Assembly (NCBI GenBank): GCA_045628045.1 | Contig: JAZQOV010000006.1 | Coordinates: 64,001-128,000, forward strand | Origin: Bacilli bacterium | GTDB taxonomy: Bacteria; Bacillota_I; Bacilli_A; RFN20; CAG-826 | DNA: 64,000 bases | Direction of reading: 5' to 3' | In this document: in pieces, positions 27,665-37,312 of the stretch | Numbering within the stretch: position 1 is the first letter of the stretch | How the letters are laid out: every line of letters begins with the position of its first letter | Made by a program: the position numbers and the translations under genes | The notes under the pieces: model-generated | Told to the model about the DNA's origin: nothing | What the model saw: only the letters and a program-made list of their open reading frames with translations | The model's database searches: none

Positions 27665-28481
27665 TATGCATTACATACGATTTTATTTTGCCTCTATCAA
27701 ACGCTCAATAATGTCTAGACTTGAATATAAAGGCGACACCATTATTGCAATGCTAGCTTTCACAATCGAAAATGTCTGTTCGCTTCTTTCGATTTATTTT
27801 GTTGTTAACTCAATTCCTGCCTTAAATATTGACGGCCAAGGAGTATGGAATATTTGGCAAATAGGATTCTTATATGGCTTTGTAATGCTACCAAAAGGAG
27901 TTGACCATTTATTCACTGATGAACTTTGGAGAGTTTGTTATTGGAGAGTTACTGATGGTTCATTAGATAGAAACTTCCTTAAACCAATGCCAACATTACT
28001 TATGACTATTGCAGAAACTTTTCAACCAGAAGGTTTTGGAGAGATAATTTTAGGCATTGCCATGATTATAATTTGCGGTTTACAACCAAATGTTGTTTTT
28101 AATTGGACTTTTGCAAATGTAGTATTGCTAATTATTGCCATTATTTTTGGCGCAATTATTATCTCGGCATTCAAAATAATGTTTGCTGGTTTAGCATTTA
28201 TTTTAAAGCGTACTGGTCAAATGTTTCAGCTTGTTTATAATTCTTTGACATATGTCAAATATCCAAGAGGAATCTTTCCAAAAGTTATTCGTGTACTTCT
28301 TACAGGAATAATTCCATTCATGTTAATAACCACAATACCAGTCGAAATTCTTCTTGGATTTTTATCATATAATCCTTGGATAATTTCTATAATTATTATT
28401 AGTGCAGCAGCCATTTTATTAACTTTAGCAATTATTATCTGGAATGTTTGTGCTTCGAAATATGAATCTACAGGAAATTAG
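27657..28481 (+). CDS. ABC-2 type permease (DUF990-like); start may be ATG 27666
   Basis: EYK.D, GSLDRNFLKP, YP..IFP, C-terminal YESTGN. Confidence 0.85.
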   Translation: MVNMHYIRFYFASIKRSIMSRLEYKGDTIIAMLAFTIENVCSLLSIYFVVNSIPALNIDGQGVWNIWQIGFLYGFVMLPKGVDHLFTDELWRVCYWRVTDGSLDRNFLKPMPTLLMTIAETFQPEGFGEIILGIAMIIICGLQPNVVFNWTFANVVLLIIAIIFGAIIISAFKIMFAGLAFILKRTGQMFQLVYNSLTYVKYPRGIFPKVIRVLLTGIIPFMLITTIPVEILLGFLSYNPWIISIIIISAAAILLTLAIIIWNVCASKYESTGN

Positions 28482-28498
28482 TATATAATGATAAAGAT

Positions 28499-28930
28499 AT
28501 GCAAAAAATTTTAATTAGTGCCTGTTTAGTAGGTGAGAAATGTAATTACAAAGGACAAGGCAAATATTGTCCAAAGATTGAAGCCCTAAAAGAAAAATAC
28601 GATCTTGTATTATTCTGTCCAGAATGTGAAGGGGGACTTCCAACACCAAGACTGCCTAGTGAAATTAAAGGTGATCAAGTTGTCAGAAAAGACGGCACTG
28701 ATGTCACAAGATTCTTTGAAGAAGGTGCTCGTAAGGCTCTTGCGTTATGTAAATATTTAGGCATTACAAAAGCTGTCCTTAAAGAAAATTCTCCTTCTTG
28801 TGGAACACACATGATTCACAATGGTTACTTCATGGATCGTCTAATAAAAGGGCAAGGTATTACCGCAAAACTTCTTGCATCAAAAGGCATCGAAGTTTAT
28901 AGCGAAGATGAGATAGAAAAACTATTATAA
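28499..28930 (+). CDS. DUF523 family protein (2-thiouracil desulfurase/TudS-like)
   Basis: SACLVG..C.Y.G, CPEC.GGL.TPR, LKENSPSCG. Confidence 0.88.
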   Translation: MQKILISACLVGEKCNYKGQGKYCPKIEALKEKYDLVLFCPECEGGLPTPRLPSEIKGDQVVRKDGTDVTRFFEEGARKALALCKYLGITKAVLKENSPSCGTHMIHNGYFMDRLIKGQGITAKLLASKGIEVYSEDEIEKLL

Positions 28931-28935
28931 AATAA

Positions 28936-28976
28936 AGAAAAATCCCGGAAATTCCCGGGATTTTCCATATTTTTTC
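28936..28976. terminator. Bidirectional terminator between convergent genes
   Basis: AAAATCCCGG-6nt-CCGGGATTTT. Confidence 0.8.
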
Positions 28977-28979
28977 CGA

Positions 28980-30671
28980 TTATTTTTTATAAACAACAAA
29001 ACCTGTTTTTGTGATTTTGTTACCATCGTAGTTTCTTTGTAAGATTATATTTTTAACCTTCAAATCGACGGGTTTATTTCCTTTATAGAAAGCAAGAACA
29101 TATTCTTCTTTTCCAATGAATCTAGAGATAAAAGCAACTTCATCTTTTTCGTAAGCTCTAACTTCGCCATACTTCACAGGTTCGAGTTCTCTGAGCTTAA
29201 GAATTTGCTTGAAGAAGTTATTATCTTCACCACCAAAGACTTTTGAATTCCACTCCATGCCTCTACGGTTAAATGGATCTTGTTCGCCTTCCATCAATAT
29301 TTCATTTCCATAATAAATTTCTGGAACACCAGGATAAAACATTAATAAAGCGTAGCTCACAAAATAGAAATCTTTATCAAATTTAACAGTGTTATACCAT
29401 CTTGGAGTGTCATGCGAATCTAAAAGATTGAGCATCTTATGATTGAATGGATCTGGATATCTCACAAGTAAAGAATTTAGTCTGTTGCTAATCCACTTTG
29501 CATCTTTCTTTTCATCTTCAAAATATCTCATAAGAGCGTATCTAAATGGATAATTCATTAATGAATCCCATTGATAATTATCGAGACGTTTTTCAGAATT
29601 CATCCAATCTTCTGCTATAAAATAGAAGTCTGGATGTTTTTCAAGTAACGCTTTCTTAATACTTCTCCAGAAATAATAAGAAACTTCAAATGCAACATCT
29701 AGTCTAAATCCATCAACACCCATGTCTGCCCAATAAAGTACCACTTTAGTAAAATAATCTAAGACTTCTGGGTTTGATGTATTTAATTTTGGCATATTTG
29801 CAACATCCGCAAATGTTAAATAGTTACGTTTCTTGTAATCTGCTTTATCTCCGTCGACAAAGAACCAATTATAATATTTTGATTTTTTTCCTTTTTTCAC
29901 AACATCTTGGAACAAAACATTATGATAAGCACAATGATTAAAAACTAAGTCAATAACTATCTTAATGTCATTTTCGTGAGCAACTTTAAGCATTCGCTTA
30001 AAATCCTTGGTTGTTCCAAACATTGGATCAATTTCAAAATAATCATTAACGTCATATTTATGTGCGCTATCAGATGGATGGATTGGATTAAGCCAAATAC
30101 CACCAACGCCTAAACTCTTTAAGTAAGGAATTTTTTCGATAATTCCTTTAATATCTCCGCCCATAAAATGGTCATTATCGACTTTCTTTTCATACCAATC
30201 CATGTTGATATATTTTTTCTTAAAATCTGAACAAGCAAAACGTTCTGGGAAAATCTGATAGAAAAGTCTTCCTGTTAATGTTTTATTTAATTTTGGTAAA
30301 TCATGTTCATTTGGAAATTTAGACATGAACTCATTTAAAAATGTATTTGCCTCAGAATAATCTTGAGAAAGTCCATCATCAGCTAAATAGTAAATTTCTC
30401 CGTCTTTATCGTATATTTTTATAAAATATTCGTAGCTTGCCTTTTCGCTTGCAATAATAGTTTCATAATAATCGAAAAGCTCGTCACTATAAGCTTTTTC
30501 AAGTTTGTTTACTTTCTTTTCTTTATAAAATTTACACCACTCATTCCAAACAACTTCAATTTTTTCAATTGTATCGTTCTTTGCAGTTCTTACTCTTATA
30601 ACGCAGCGTTTATCATCAAGATAAAAACAATATTTTGATTCGTGTTGATGTTCAATTGCTTGTTTATTCAT
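28980..30671 (-). CDS. GH13 cyclomaltodextrinase/neopullulanase (cytoplasmic)
   Basis: N-terminal CBM34-like domain, YQIFPERF, GFRLDVA, IAEDW, LDSHD. Confidence 0.9.
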   Translation of the reverse strand: MNKQAIEHQHESKYCFYLDDKRCVIRVRTAKNDTIEKIEVVWNEWCKFYKEKKVNKLEKAYSDELFDYYETIIASEKASYEYFIKIYDKDGEIYYLADDGLSQDYSEANTFLNEFMSKFPNEHDLPKLNKTLTGRLFYQIFPERFACSDFKKKYINMDWYEKKVDNDHFMGGDIKGIIEKIPYLKSLGVGGIWLNPIHPSDSAHKYDVNDYFEIDPMFGTTKDFKRMLKVAHENDIKIVIDLVFNHCAYHNVLFQDVVKKGKKSKYYNWFFVDGDKADYKKRNYLTFADVANMPKLNTSNPEVLDYFTKVVLYWADMGVDGFRLDVAFEVSYYFWRSIKKALLEKHPDFYFIAEDWMNSEKRLDNYQWDSLMNYPFRYALMRYFEDEKKDAKWISNRLNSLLVRYPDPFNHKMLNLLDSHDTPRWYNTVKFDKDFYFVSYALLMFYPGVPEIYYGNEILMEGEQDPFNRRGMEWNSKVFGGEDNNFFKQILKLRELEPVKYGEVRAYEKDEVAFISRFIGKEEYVLAFYKGNKPVDLKVKNIILQRNYDGNKITKTGFVVYKK

Positions 30672-30717
30672 AAAAACTCCTTATCTAAAATAAGTCAGGT
30701 TAAATAATAAATTTAGA

Positions 30718-33228
30718 TTAGTATAATCTAATATCGAATTTATTTTCGTAAATTCTAAGGTCTTCTAAATCAAACGTAACTTTAATAGTGTCGTTTTCTT
30801 TAATGCCTTTTTCTGCACGCAAAGTGAATTTATCACCAAAGGCTTCTGCAACAATGTATTTCTTACCATTGCCATAATCAATAATTTTGGCAACTTTAGC
30901 TTTAAATCCTTCTTTTGCAATATGAAGTGAATCAATTGAGATTTCAAATCTATAATTTGAATTAAAGACTGAAGATCCTAATGCTTGAATAATCTTCTTT
31001 GAGATTTCGTAGTTGGATTTTACATAAACACCATTGATTACAAAATAGAAAACTTTTGATGCACTAATAAGTTCATCTTTCTTTGCAGCATAACTATTAC
31101 GAACAGCTTCAATAAGCTTGTCTTTTTGGTTTTCATCAGCATTTGCAAACTCTTTAGTAGATTTAACTTTCGCAATTTCTGCTTCAAGTTCTTTATTAAG
31201 CTTTTCAACATCTTTACAAAGTAAAGTTTCTGCAGCTTTAATATCTTCTAGTGCAATTTTCTTAATCTTAGATGCACCTACTGAAGTGGCTTCAGCAAAA
31301 CTATGTGCACATTCATTTTTAACTGCAACCTTTGTATCAAATTCTTTATTAGTGCTACTAATTTTGGCTGTTTGTTCACTAGACAACTCTTTCTTACTAT
31401 TCTCTTTGATTGCTGCCAAATCAGCTTTATATTCACCTTTTGCTTTAGCAAGTTCGCGTTTCTTTTCAGCAACCATTTTCTTCTTTTCATCTTTTGCAAT
31501 ATCGCAATTGGAAAGAATATCAGTTATCTTCATGTTAATGTCATTTACACGATTCTTATATTCATCTTTGACATCACAAACCATTTTGCAGTTAGTAATA
31601 TCAGCAATCGCTTTTCTTCTATCAAAGTTAATGTTTTTAACTTGCTCTTCTACGCATGCGTTTTTATATTTAACAATTGATTTGCAAGCAAGTTTATTAT
31701 TTTCGAGATTGGTAAATGAACCAACAACCTTTGAATAACTATGAAGAGGTTTGACTAAAATTTCACCATCTTTTGCAATTGTAATCTTTTCAAGATTAAT
31801 TGAAATCTTTACTTTTTGGTTAAGTTTTAAATTAGCATCAACAACAAAGAATGAACGTTCACCAATATTTAATGTAAATACTTTGTGTTCGCCAATTTCT
31901 TCTACTCTAGTAACCTTTGCTTCAATATCACCATCAAATCCAATAGCTTCAACAGGAACATAGATTTCGCCATTTACTAAATTATCAATTTCAAATGCAT
32001 CAGGAAGTTTGATCTTCGAACCAAGAACTTCAAGAGTTCTATTTTTAATAGAGCAGTCAAATGTATTTGTGGTAGGAATTCTTGAGCAAATTGTTTTTTC
32101 TGTTTTTGCATCAAAGAAATGAGCTTTTTTAACATTAATAGCAGCTTCAACAACATCTCCTGCTTTTAAACCTAAACCTGTTTTATAGTTTTTAACTATA
32201 ATTGATGTTGAGTTATCACTAAAGTCCTTATTATTAATATTCACATCACCATAAACGAGTGTTTCGTTGCCAAGTTCTTCAAAGTGAGAAATTTTAATTT
32301 TAATTTTGGCATCAGATTTCTTAACAACTTCTGGATCGATGCTAACGTCTTCACAACGAATACCAAGAATAACTGGTTTTTCTTTATAGAAATAAGATTG
32401 GTCAACTCTAATAACATCATCGAGTTTGGCGTGAATTTCATCACCTGTTTTGGCAAATTTAATTGCAACATCATCTTTCTTTCTATTTAAAGTAACATCA
32501 AAGAAGCTCATTTGTGGAGTTCCGATAAATCCAGCAACGAACTTGTTTTCAGGATAATTATAGAGGTTAATTGGAGTATCAATTTGTTGAATGTAACCGA
32601 GTTTCATAACAACAACTCTACTTCCAAGAGTCATAGCTTCTACTTGATCGTGTGTAACATAAATAAATGTTGTTTTAAGTTGATTATGGAGTTTTGCAAT
32701 TTCAGCACGCATTTCAGTTCTTAATTTGGCATCAAGATTTGAAAGAGGTTCGTCAAGTAAGAAAACCTTTGGATTTCTTAGAATAGCTCTACCTAAGGCG
32801 ACACGTTGACGTTGACCACCAGAAAGTGCTTTTGGTTTTCTGTTTAAATATTCAGTGATTTTTAAAGCATTGGCAGCCCATAAAACCTTCTTATGAATTT
32901 CCTCTTGAGGAACATGCCTTAAACGTAAGCCAAATGCCATATTATCGTATACTGACATATGTGGATAAAAAGCATAGTTCTGGAAAACCATTGAAATATC
33001 ACGGTCTTTTGGCTCTACGTTATTGACGAGTTCATCATCAATATAAAGTTCACCAGCAGAAATCTCTTCAAGACCTGCAATCATTCTTAAAGTAGTTGAT
33101 TTACCACATCCAGATGGGCCAACGAAAACGATGAATTCGTCATCATTAATCTCCATATTAAAATCATTAACAGCTTTAACGCCGTTTGGATAGACTTTGT
33201 ACATGTGTCTTAAACTTAATTTTGCCAT
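30718..33228 (-). CDS. msmX: Sugar ABC ATPase (MalK/MsmX) with a very long C-terminal extension
   Basis: GPSGCGKS, LSGGQ, FLLDEP, VTHDQ; about 460 extra residues after the usual C-terminus. Confidence 0.88.
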   Translation of the reverse strand: MAKLSLRHMYKVYPNGVKAVNDFNMEINDDEFIVFVGPSGCGKSTTLRMIAGLEEISAGELYIDDELVNNVEPKDRDISMVFQNYAFYPHMSVYDNMAFGLRLRHVPQEEIHKKVLWAANALKITEYLNRKPKALSGGQRQRVALGRAILRNPKVFLLDEPLSNLDAKLRTEMRAEIAKLHNQLKTTFIYVTHDQVEAMTLGSRVVVMKLGYIQQIDTPINLYNYPENKFVAGFIGTPQMSFFDVTLNRKKDDVAIKFAKTGDEIHAKLDDVIRVDQSYFYKEKPVILGIRCEDVSIDPEVVKKSDAKIKIKISHFEELGNETLVYGDVNINNKDFSDNSTSIIVKNYKTGLGLKAGDVVEAAINVKKAHFFDAKTEKTICSRIPTTNTFDCSIKNRTLEVLGSKIKLPDAFEIDNLVNGEIYVPVEAIGFDGDIEAKVTRVEEIGEHKVFTLNIGERSFFVVDANLKLNQKVKISINLEKITIAKDGEILVKPLHSYSKVVGSFTNLENNKLACKSIVKYKNACVEEQVKNINFDRRKAIADITNCKMVCDVKDEYKNRVNDINMKITDILSNCDIAKDEKKKMVAEKKRELAKAKGEYKADLAAIKENSKKELSSEQTAKISSTNKEFDTKVAVKNECAHSFAEATSVGASKIKKIALEDIKAAETLLCKDVEKLNKELEAEIAKVKSTKEFANADENQKDKLIEAVRNSYAAKKDELISASKVFYFVINGVYVKSNYEISKKIIQALGSSVFNSNYRFEISIDSLHIAKEGFKAKVAKIIDYGNGKKYIVAEAFGDKFTLRAEKGIKENDTIKVTFDLEDLRIYENKFDIRLY

Positions 33229-33240
33229 ATTGTTTTCTCC

Positions 33241-34830
33241 TTAACCAATTATTGCAATTCCTTGTTCAGGAACAGTTAAAACTGTTCCTTTTATTGAGCT
33301 CTTTCCGTTTGGTGAAATTTCATCAAGCAAAGAGCATTTTAATCCATACTTACTAAAATCAAATTTGGCAGAATAACTTACTGAGAAATTAACTGCACAA
33401 TAAATTGTTTCATTGTTATAAGTTCTTTTAATAACACCAAATGTATCAGCGTCATTGACATAAACTGTTGAGAAATCTCCTCTAGCAAGCTGAGGGAATT
33501 CTCTTCTTAATCTATTTGCTCTCTTAACATAGTTAAGAATAGATTTTTTATCTTTCATTTGTTCTTTTACATTCTCGTAAGGATAAGCATCATCATGATT
33601 ATATGAAATAGTTCCAGATGGATCTTTGCAAACATAATTATCGCCCCAATCCATTGGTAAGCGTTTATTTGGGTCATTATTTGTTGCGTTACTTGGCACC
33701 GCCATTCCAATTTCATCACCATAATATGTATAGGTAACTCCTGGCATTAATTCAAGTAAACCAAGACCAAATTTGGCGTTATTTGATGAACTTCTGCCTG
33801 CAACTGCGCCAACAGATCTTCCAGTGTCATGATTTGCAATGAATACCGCAGGCATTCCTTGTTGGGCAACTTCTTTATTGGAAGCAAAGCTTCCAAAATA
33901 ACGAGAAAAGTTTTGTCTTTTTAAAGAGCTTCCAATATTTCCATCTGCATTTGCATTAGCGAAATTAAAGAATGAATCAATGCCTGAAGCTTGATATTCT
34001 TTATTTTGGGCACTATTTGCAGTCCAATCGCCTTCACCTACAATGTAGCAACTTGGTTTTAAACGTTTTGCAGTATTATTAATCCAAGTTAAAACTGCTT
34101 TATTATTTGTAGTGTTTTTATTGCAATATTCATTAACGGCGTCAAGTCTAAATCCATCAATATTATGATCGACCAACCAAAATTTCATAACATCTTCTAA
34201 ATCTTTGGCCAAATAGCATTGATCATTTTCAATGATAGATTCAAGATTTAAGTCAGGCATTCCTGAGTTAAATGAGCCTTCATAAATCCATGTGTTACTT
34301 CCTGGAACTGAATGCCATCCAGTGCTTGGCACTCCTCTTACAAAATTATAGTAATTGTAATATTGATCATCAGGACGATTTCTATTATGTGCATCACAAG
34401 CTTTTAAGAACCACTCATTTGCACTTGAAGTGTGATTAATAACTAAATCAAGTAAGATAGTCATTCCTTTTTCATGACATTTATTAACTAATTCATCATA
34501 ATCTTCAAGAGTTCCAAAGGTCGGATCAATGCTCTTATAATTCATGACATCGTATTTATGGTATGAATTGCTCTTGTGAATTGGGGTAAGCCAAATTCCG
34601 GTGTAATTCATATCCTTGATATAATCAAGTTTATCAATTATTCCTCTAATATCACCATAACCATCGCCATTACTATCAGCAAAAGAAATTGGCATAATTT
34701 GGTAAATATTTCTGAAATTATCGTTAATTTCGTTTAAAGGAACCTTCTTATCACATCCACAAGCGACCGCGCTTAAAGGAAGTATGCACGCACACATTAT
34801 AAATTTATTAAAAAGATTAAGTCTTTTCAT
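33241..34830 (-). CDS. GH13 alpha-amylase lipoprotein (start revised to 34830)
   Basis: MKRLNLF...LSAVAC signal; FADSNGDGYGD, GFRLDAV, VGE, NHD. Confidence 0.88.
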   Translation of the reverse strand: MKRLNLFNKFIMCACILPLSAVACGCDKKVPLNEINDNFRNIYQIMPISFADSNGDGYGDIRGIIDKLDYIKDMNYTGIWLTPIHKSNSYHKYDVMNYKSIDPTFGTLEDYDELVNKCHEKGMTILLDLVINHTSSANEWFLKACDAHNRNRPDDQYYNYYNFVRGVPSTGWHSVPGSNTWIYEGSFNSGMPDLNLESIIENDQCYLAKDLEDVMKFWLVDHNIDGFRLDAVNEYCNKNTTNNKAVLTWINNTAKRLKPSCYIVGEGDWTANSAQNKEYQASGIDSFFNFANANADGNIGSSLKRQNFSRYFGSFASNKEVAQQGMPAVFIANHDTGRSVGAVAGRSSSNNAKFGLGLLELMPGVTYTYYGDEIGMAVPSNATNNDPNKRLPMDWGDNYVCKDPSGTISYNHDDAYPYENVKEQMKDKKSILNYVKRANRLRREFPQLARGDFSTVYVNDADTFGVIKRTYNNETIYCAVNFSVSYSAKFDFSKYGLKCSLLDEISPNGKSSIKGTVLTVPEQGIAIIG

Positions 34831-34831
34831 T

Positions 34832-35731
34832 TTATCCTTTAACCGCTCCGCCGGTAACACCTTCAACATAGAATTTCTGTAGCCATAAGAACAAAATAAC
34901 AATCGGCACCGAAACAATAATGCCTGCGGCACAGAATCTAGTGAAGTAATAACATTGACCTTCCATTGTAGTCCATTCTTGTAATCCAACAGCGACTGTA
35001 TATTTCTCTTTTTCAGCACCTAATAAGTATGATGCCATCATAAAGTCACCCCATGGTCCAATGAATGAATTTAATAAGGTGTAAACAACAATTGGTTTTG
35101 AAAGTGGAAGAATAATCTTCCAGAAAACTTGGTTTTTACTTGCGCCATCAATCATTGCAGCTTCATCAAGCGAACGGGAAATCGTATCAAAGAAACCTTT
35201 AGAAATGTAATAGTTCATTGCTGATCCAGAAATATAAACAAGGATTAATCCTACTGGTGACGTCTTTAAACCAATTAATTTAAGAAGATTGTAAATAGCA
35301 ATCATTGTTAAAAATCCTGGGAACATTCCAAGAATTAACATGAATTGCATTAATTGTTTTCTTCCTTTAAATCTTAGTCTAGAAAGTGTATAAGCTGTCA
35401 TTAATGACAGAACTGTTTGAATTAATGCTGTAACTAAAGCAATAATTAAAGTATTTAAATACCATCTTCCAAATTTGGAAGTATCACGATAAACACCACC
35501 GCTTGAGAAAATTGGATTATCCATCTTTTTAAAGAGGGCTAGATAATTATCAAATGTCCAAGTTCTTGGAAGTAAGTGGTTTGAAATTGCAGGTGAAGAA
35601 CCTTCAAAAGATGTAAACAACAAATAAACAAATGGGAAGACCCAAATAATTGATAATACGCCAAGGAAAATATAAATTGCACTATTTGCAATAGTGGATT
35701 TTACTTTGGCATTTGCTTTTCTTTTAGCCAT
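34832..35731 (-). CDS. malG: Maltodextrin ABC permease (MalG/MalD type)
   Basis: KGFFDTI..SLDEAAMIDGAS EAA loop; C-terminal GVTGGAVKG. Confidence 0.9.
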   Translation of the reverse strand: MAKRKANAKVKSTIANSAIYIFLGVLSIIWVFPFVYLLFTSFEGSSPAISNHLLPRTWTFDNYLALFKKMDNPIFSSGGVYRDTSKFGRWYLNTLIIALVTALIQTVLSLMTAYTLSRLRFKGRKQLMQFMLILGMFPGFLTMIAIYNLLKLIGLKTSPVGLILVYISGSAMNYYISKGFFDTISRSLDEAAMIDGASKNQVFWKIILPLSKPIVVYTLLNSFIGPWGDFMMASYLLGAEKEKYTVAVGLQEWTTMEGQCYYFTRFCAAGIIVSVPIVILFLWLQKFYVEGVTGGAVKG

Positions 35732-37254
35732 TATTGGAAATCCTCCTCATTCTTAAAGCTCTTACTTCTTGTAAATGTTATTAATGAAGCAACAGCACAT
35801 AAAACGAACATGAATAAACCAATGACAGATGCAAGACCGTATTTTTTGGCTTGATCATTAACAGTTAATTCATATAACCACGTAATTAATAAGCTTGTTC
35901 TTTGAGCTTTTGGGTGTAATAAGGTATCAGTAAGTGCTGTGTTGCCACTAGTTAACAAGAAAATAACGTTAAAGTTATTTAAGTTTCCAATAAATGAAGT
36001 GATTAACGATGGAGCCATAACGAACATCATATAAGGAAGTGTGATGTTCGTGTAAGTTTTAAACGGACTAGCACCATCGATTTTGGCAGCCTCATAAAGA
36101 TCGCTTGGAATGTTCATTAAAATTCCAGTACAAGATAAAACAGTAAATGGAATACCAACCCAAAGGTTAACAATAACAACTGTAACTTTGGCAATTGTTG
36201 GATCCGCAAGCCAGTTAACGCTATTTAAGCCAACTGACTTTAAAATAACGTTATAAATACCATCATAGGCACCAGATAAAAGCATATTTTTCATTAATAA
36301 TAATGAAATAAACTGAGGAACTGCGATAGTTGTAACCAAACATGCTCTCCAGAATTTTTTAAGTTTAATGCCTTTTTTGTTAATAATAATTGCGACAAGC
36401 ATGCCAAGGAAGAAGCAGCTGAATGTTGCTAAAACTGCCCAAATAAGAGTCCAACCCAATACAACTTTAAATGTATAAGCGAACTGTTGATCTTGGTAGT
36501 CACCTTCAGCTCCTGCAACAGAAAACAAAGTTTTAAAGTTATCAGTTCCACACCAACCAAATAATTTATTTGGCGGATAGTGGCCTGCATCGAAGTTTGT
36601 AAATGCAACAGTAATCATGAATATTAATGGGATTACAGTAAAAAGGAACATTCCAATCATTGGAAAGGCCAAAAGAGTACGATGGTAATACTTATTACCA
36701 AGTTGTCTTAAATCATCTCTGTCAGAAACTAATTTTTTGTTAATTTGTTTAAAGCGATAGTTTTCATATGCTTGCTTGATGTTCTGATACCATAAAAACA
36801 AAGTACATCCAATTATGAGTATTGTGACAATTGAGAACAATAAAATATAGAATGAGTTATCAGGATTATTTGCAATAAATCCAGACTCTGATTTTGATGC
36901 TTCTACAGTTCCAAGTGAACCAATTTTGGAGAGATATTTCCATCCAAAGAAGATCATGTAAACTATAAAAGCAATTTCATAACCTAAATATAAAAAACCT
37001 CTAAGGTATTGTTTGTGTCTAATGCATCCGATGCCCATTACGCCATAGGAGACTCTTGTGGCTGTATCACCGTATTTAAACATTCTCCCTAAATTTAAAA
37101 AGAAATAGCCAATTCTTTTAATTAATTTCCAGATTCCAAAAGGAATGCTTTTAAAAAATTTGCCTATTTGCAAGAAAAAATTCTTAAATCCGTGTTTTAT
37201 ATTTGAAATAAAACGTTGGCCTTTCGACAAGCCAAGATATTCTAAATCAGTCAT
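35731..37254 (-). CDS. malF: Maltodextrin ABC permease (MalF/MalC type)
   Basis: AFTNF, LYEAAKIDGAS, ITLP, N-terminal extension. Confidence 0.9.
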   Translation of the reverse strand: MTDLEYLGLSKGQRFISNIKHGFKNFFLQIGKFFKSIPFGIWKLIKRIGYFFLNLGRMFKYGDTATRVSYGVMGIGCIRHKQYLRGFLYLGYEIAFIVYMIFFGWKYLSKIGSLGTVEASKSESGFIANNPDNSFYILLFSIVTILIIGCTLFLWYQNIKQAYENYRFKQINKKLVSDRDDLRQLGNKYYHRTLLAFPMIGMFLFTVIPLIFMITVAFTNFDAGHYPPNKLFGWCGTDNFKTLFSVAGAEGDYQDQQFAYTFKVVLGWTLIWAVLATFSCFFLGMLVAIIINKKGIKLKKFWRACLVTTIAVPQFISLLLMKNMLLSGAYDGIYNVILKSVGLNSVNWLADPTIAKVTVVIVNLWVGIPFTVLSCTGILMNIPSDLYEAAKIDGASPFKTYTNITLPYMMFVMAPSLITSFIGNLNNFNVIFLLTSGNTALTDTLLHPKAQRTSLLITWLYELTVNDQAKKYGLASVIGLFMFVLCAVASLITFTRSKSFKNEEDFQ

Positions 37255-37270
37255 AAATGCCTCCTTACTA

Positions 37271-37305
37271 AATAAAGAGGGTGGACAAAGTCCACCCTCT
37301 AAAAA
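37271..37305 (-). terminator. Intercistronic stem-loop/terminator between malE and malF
   Basis: Perfect 11-bp stem AGAGGGTGGAC-AAA-GTCCACCCTCT. Confidence 0.75.
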
Positions 37306-37312
37306 CTACAAA

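Noticed and set aside
31118-31738. 206-aa and 125-aa + strand ORFs
   Set aside because: Antisense shadows of the K/E/A-rich coiled coil of MalK; S/L/F-rich with no motifs
33241-35019. ORF-track 592-aa amylase start at 35019
   Set aside because: It overlaps malG by about 190 bp; a signal peptide and lipobox begin at ATG 34830
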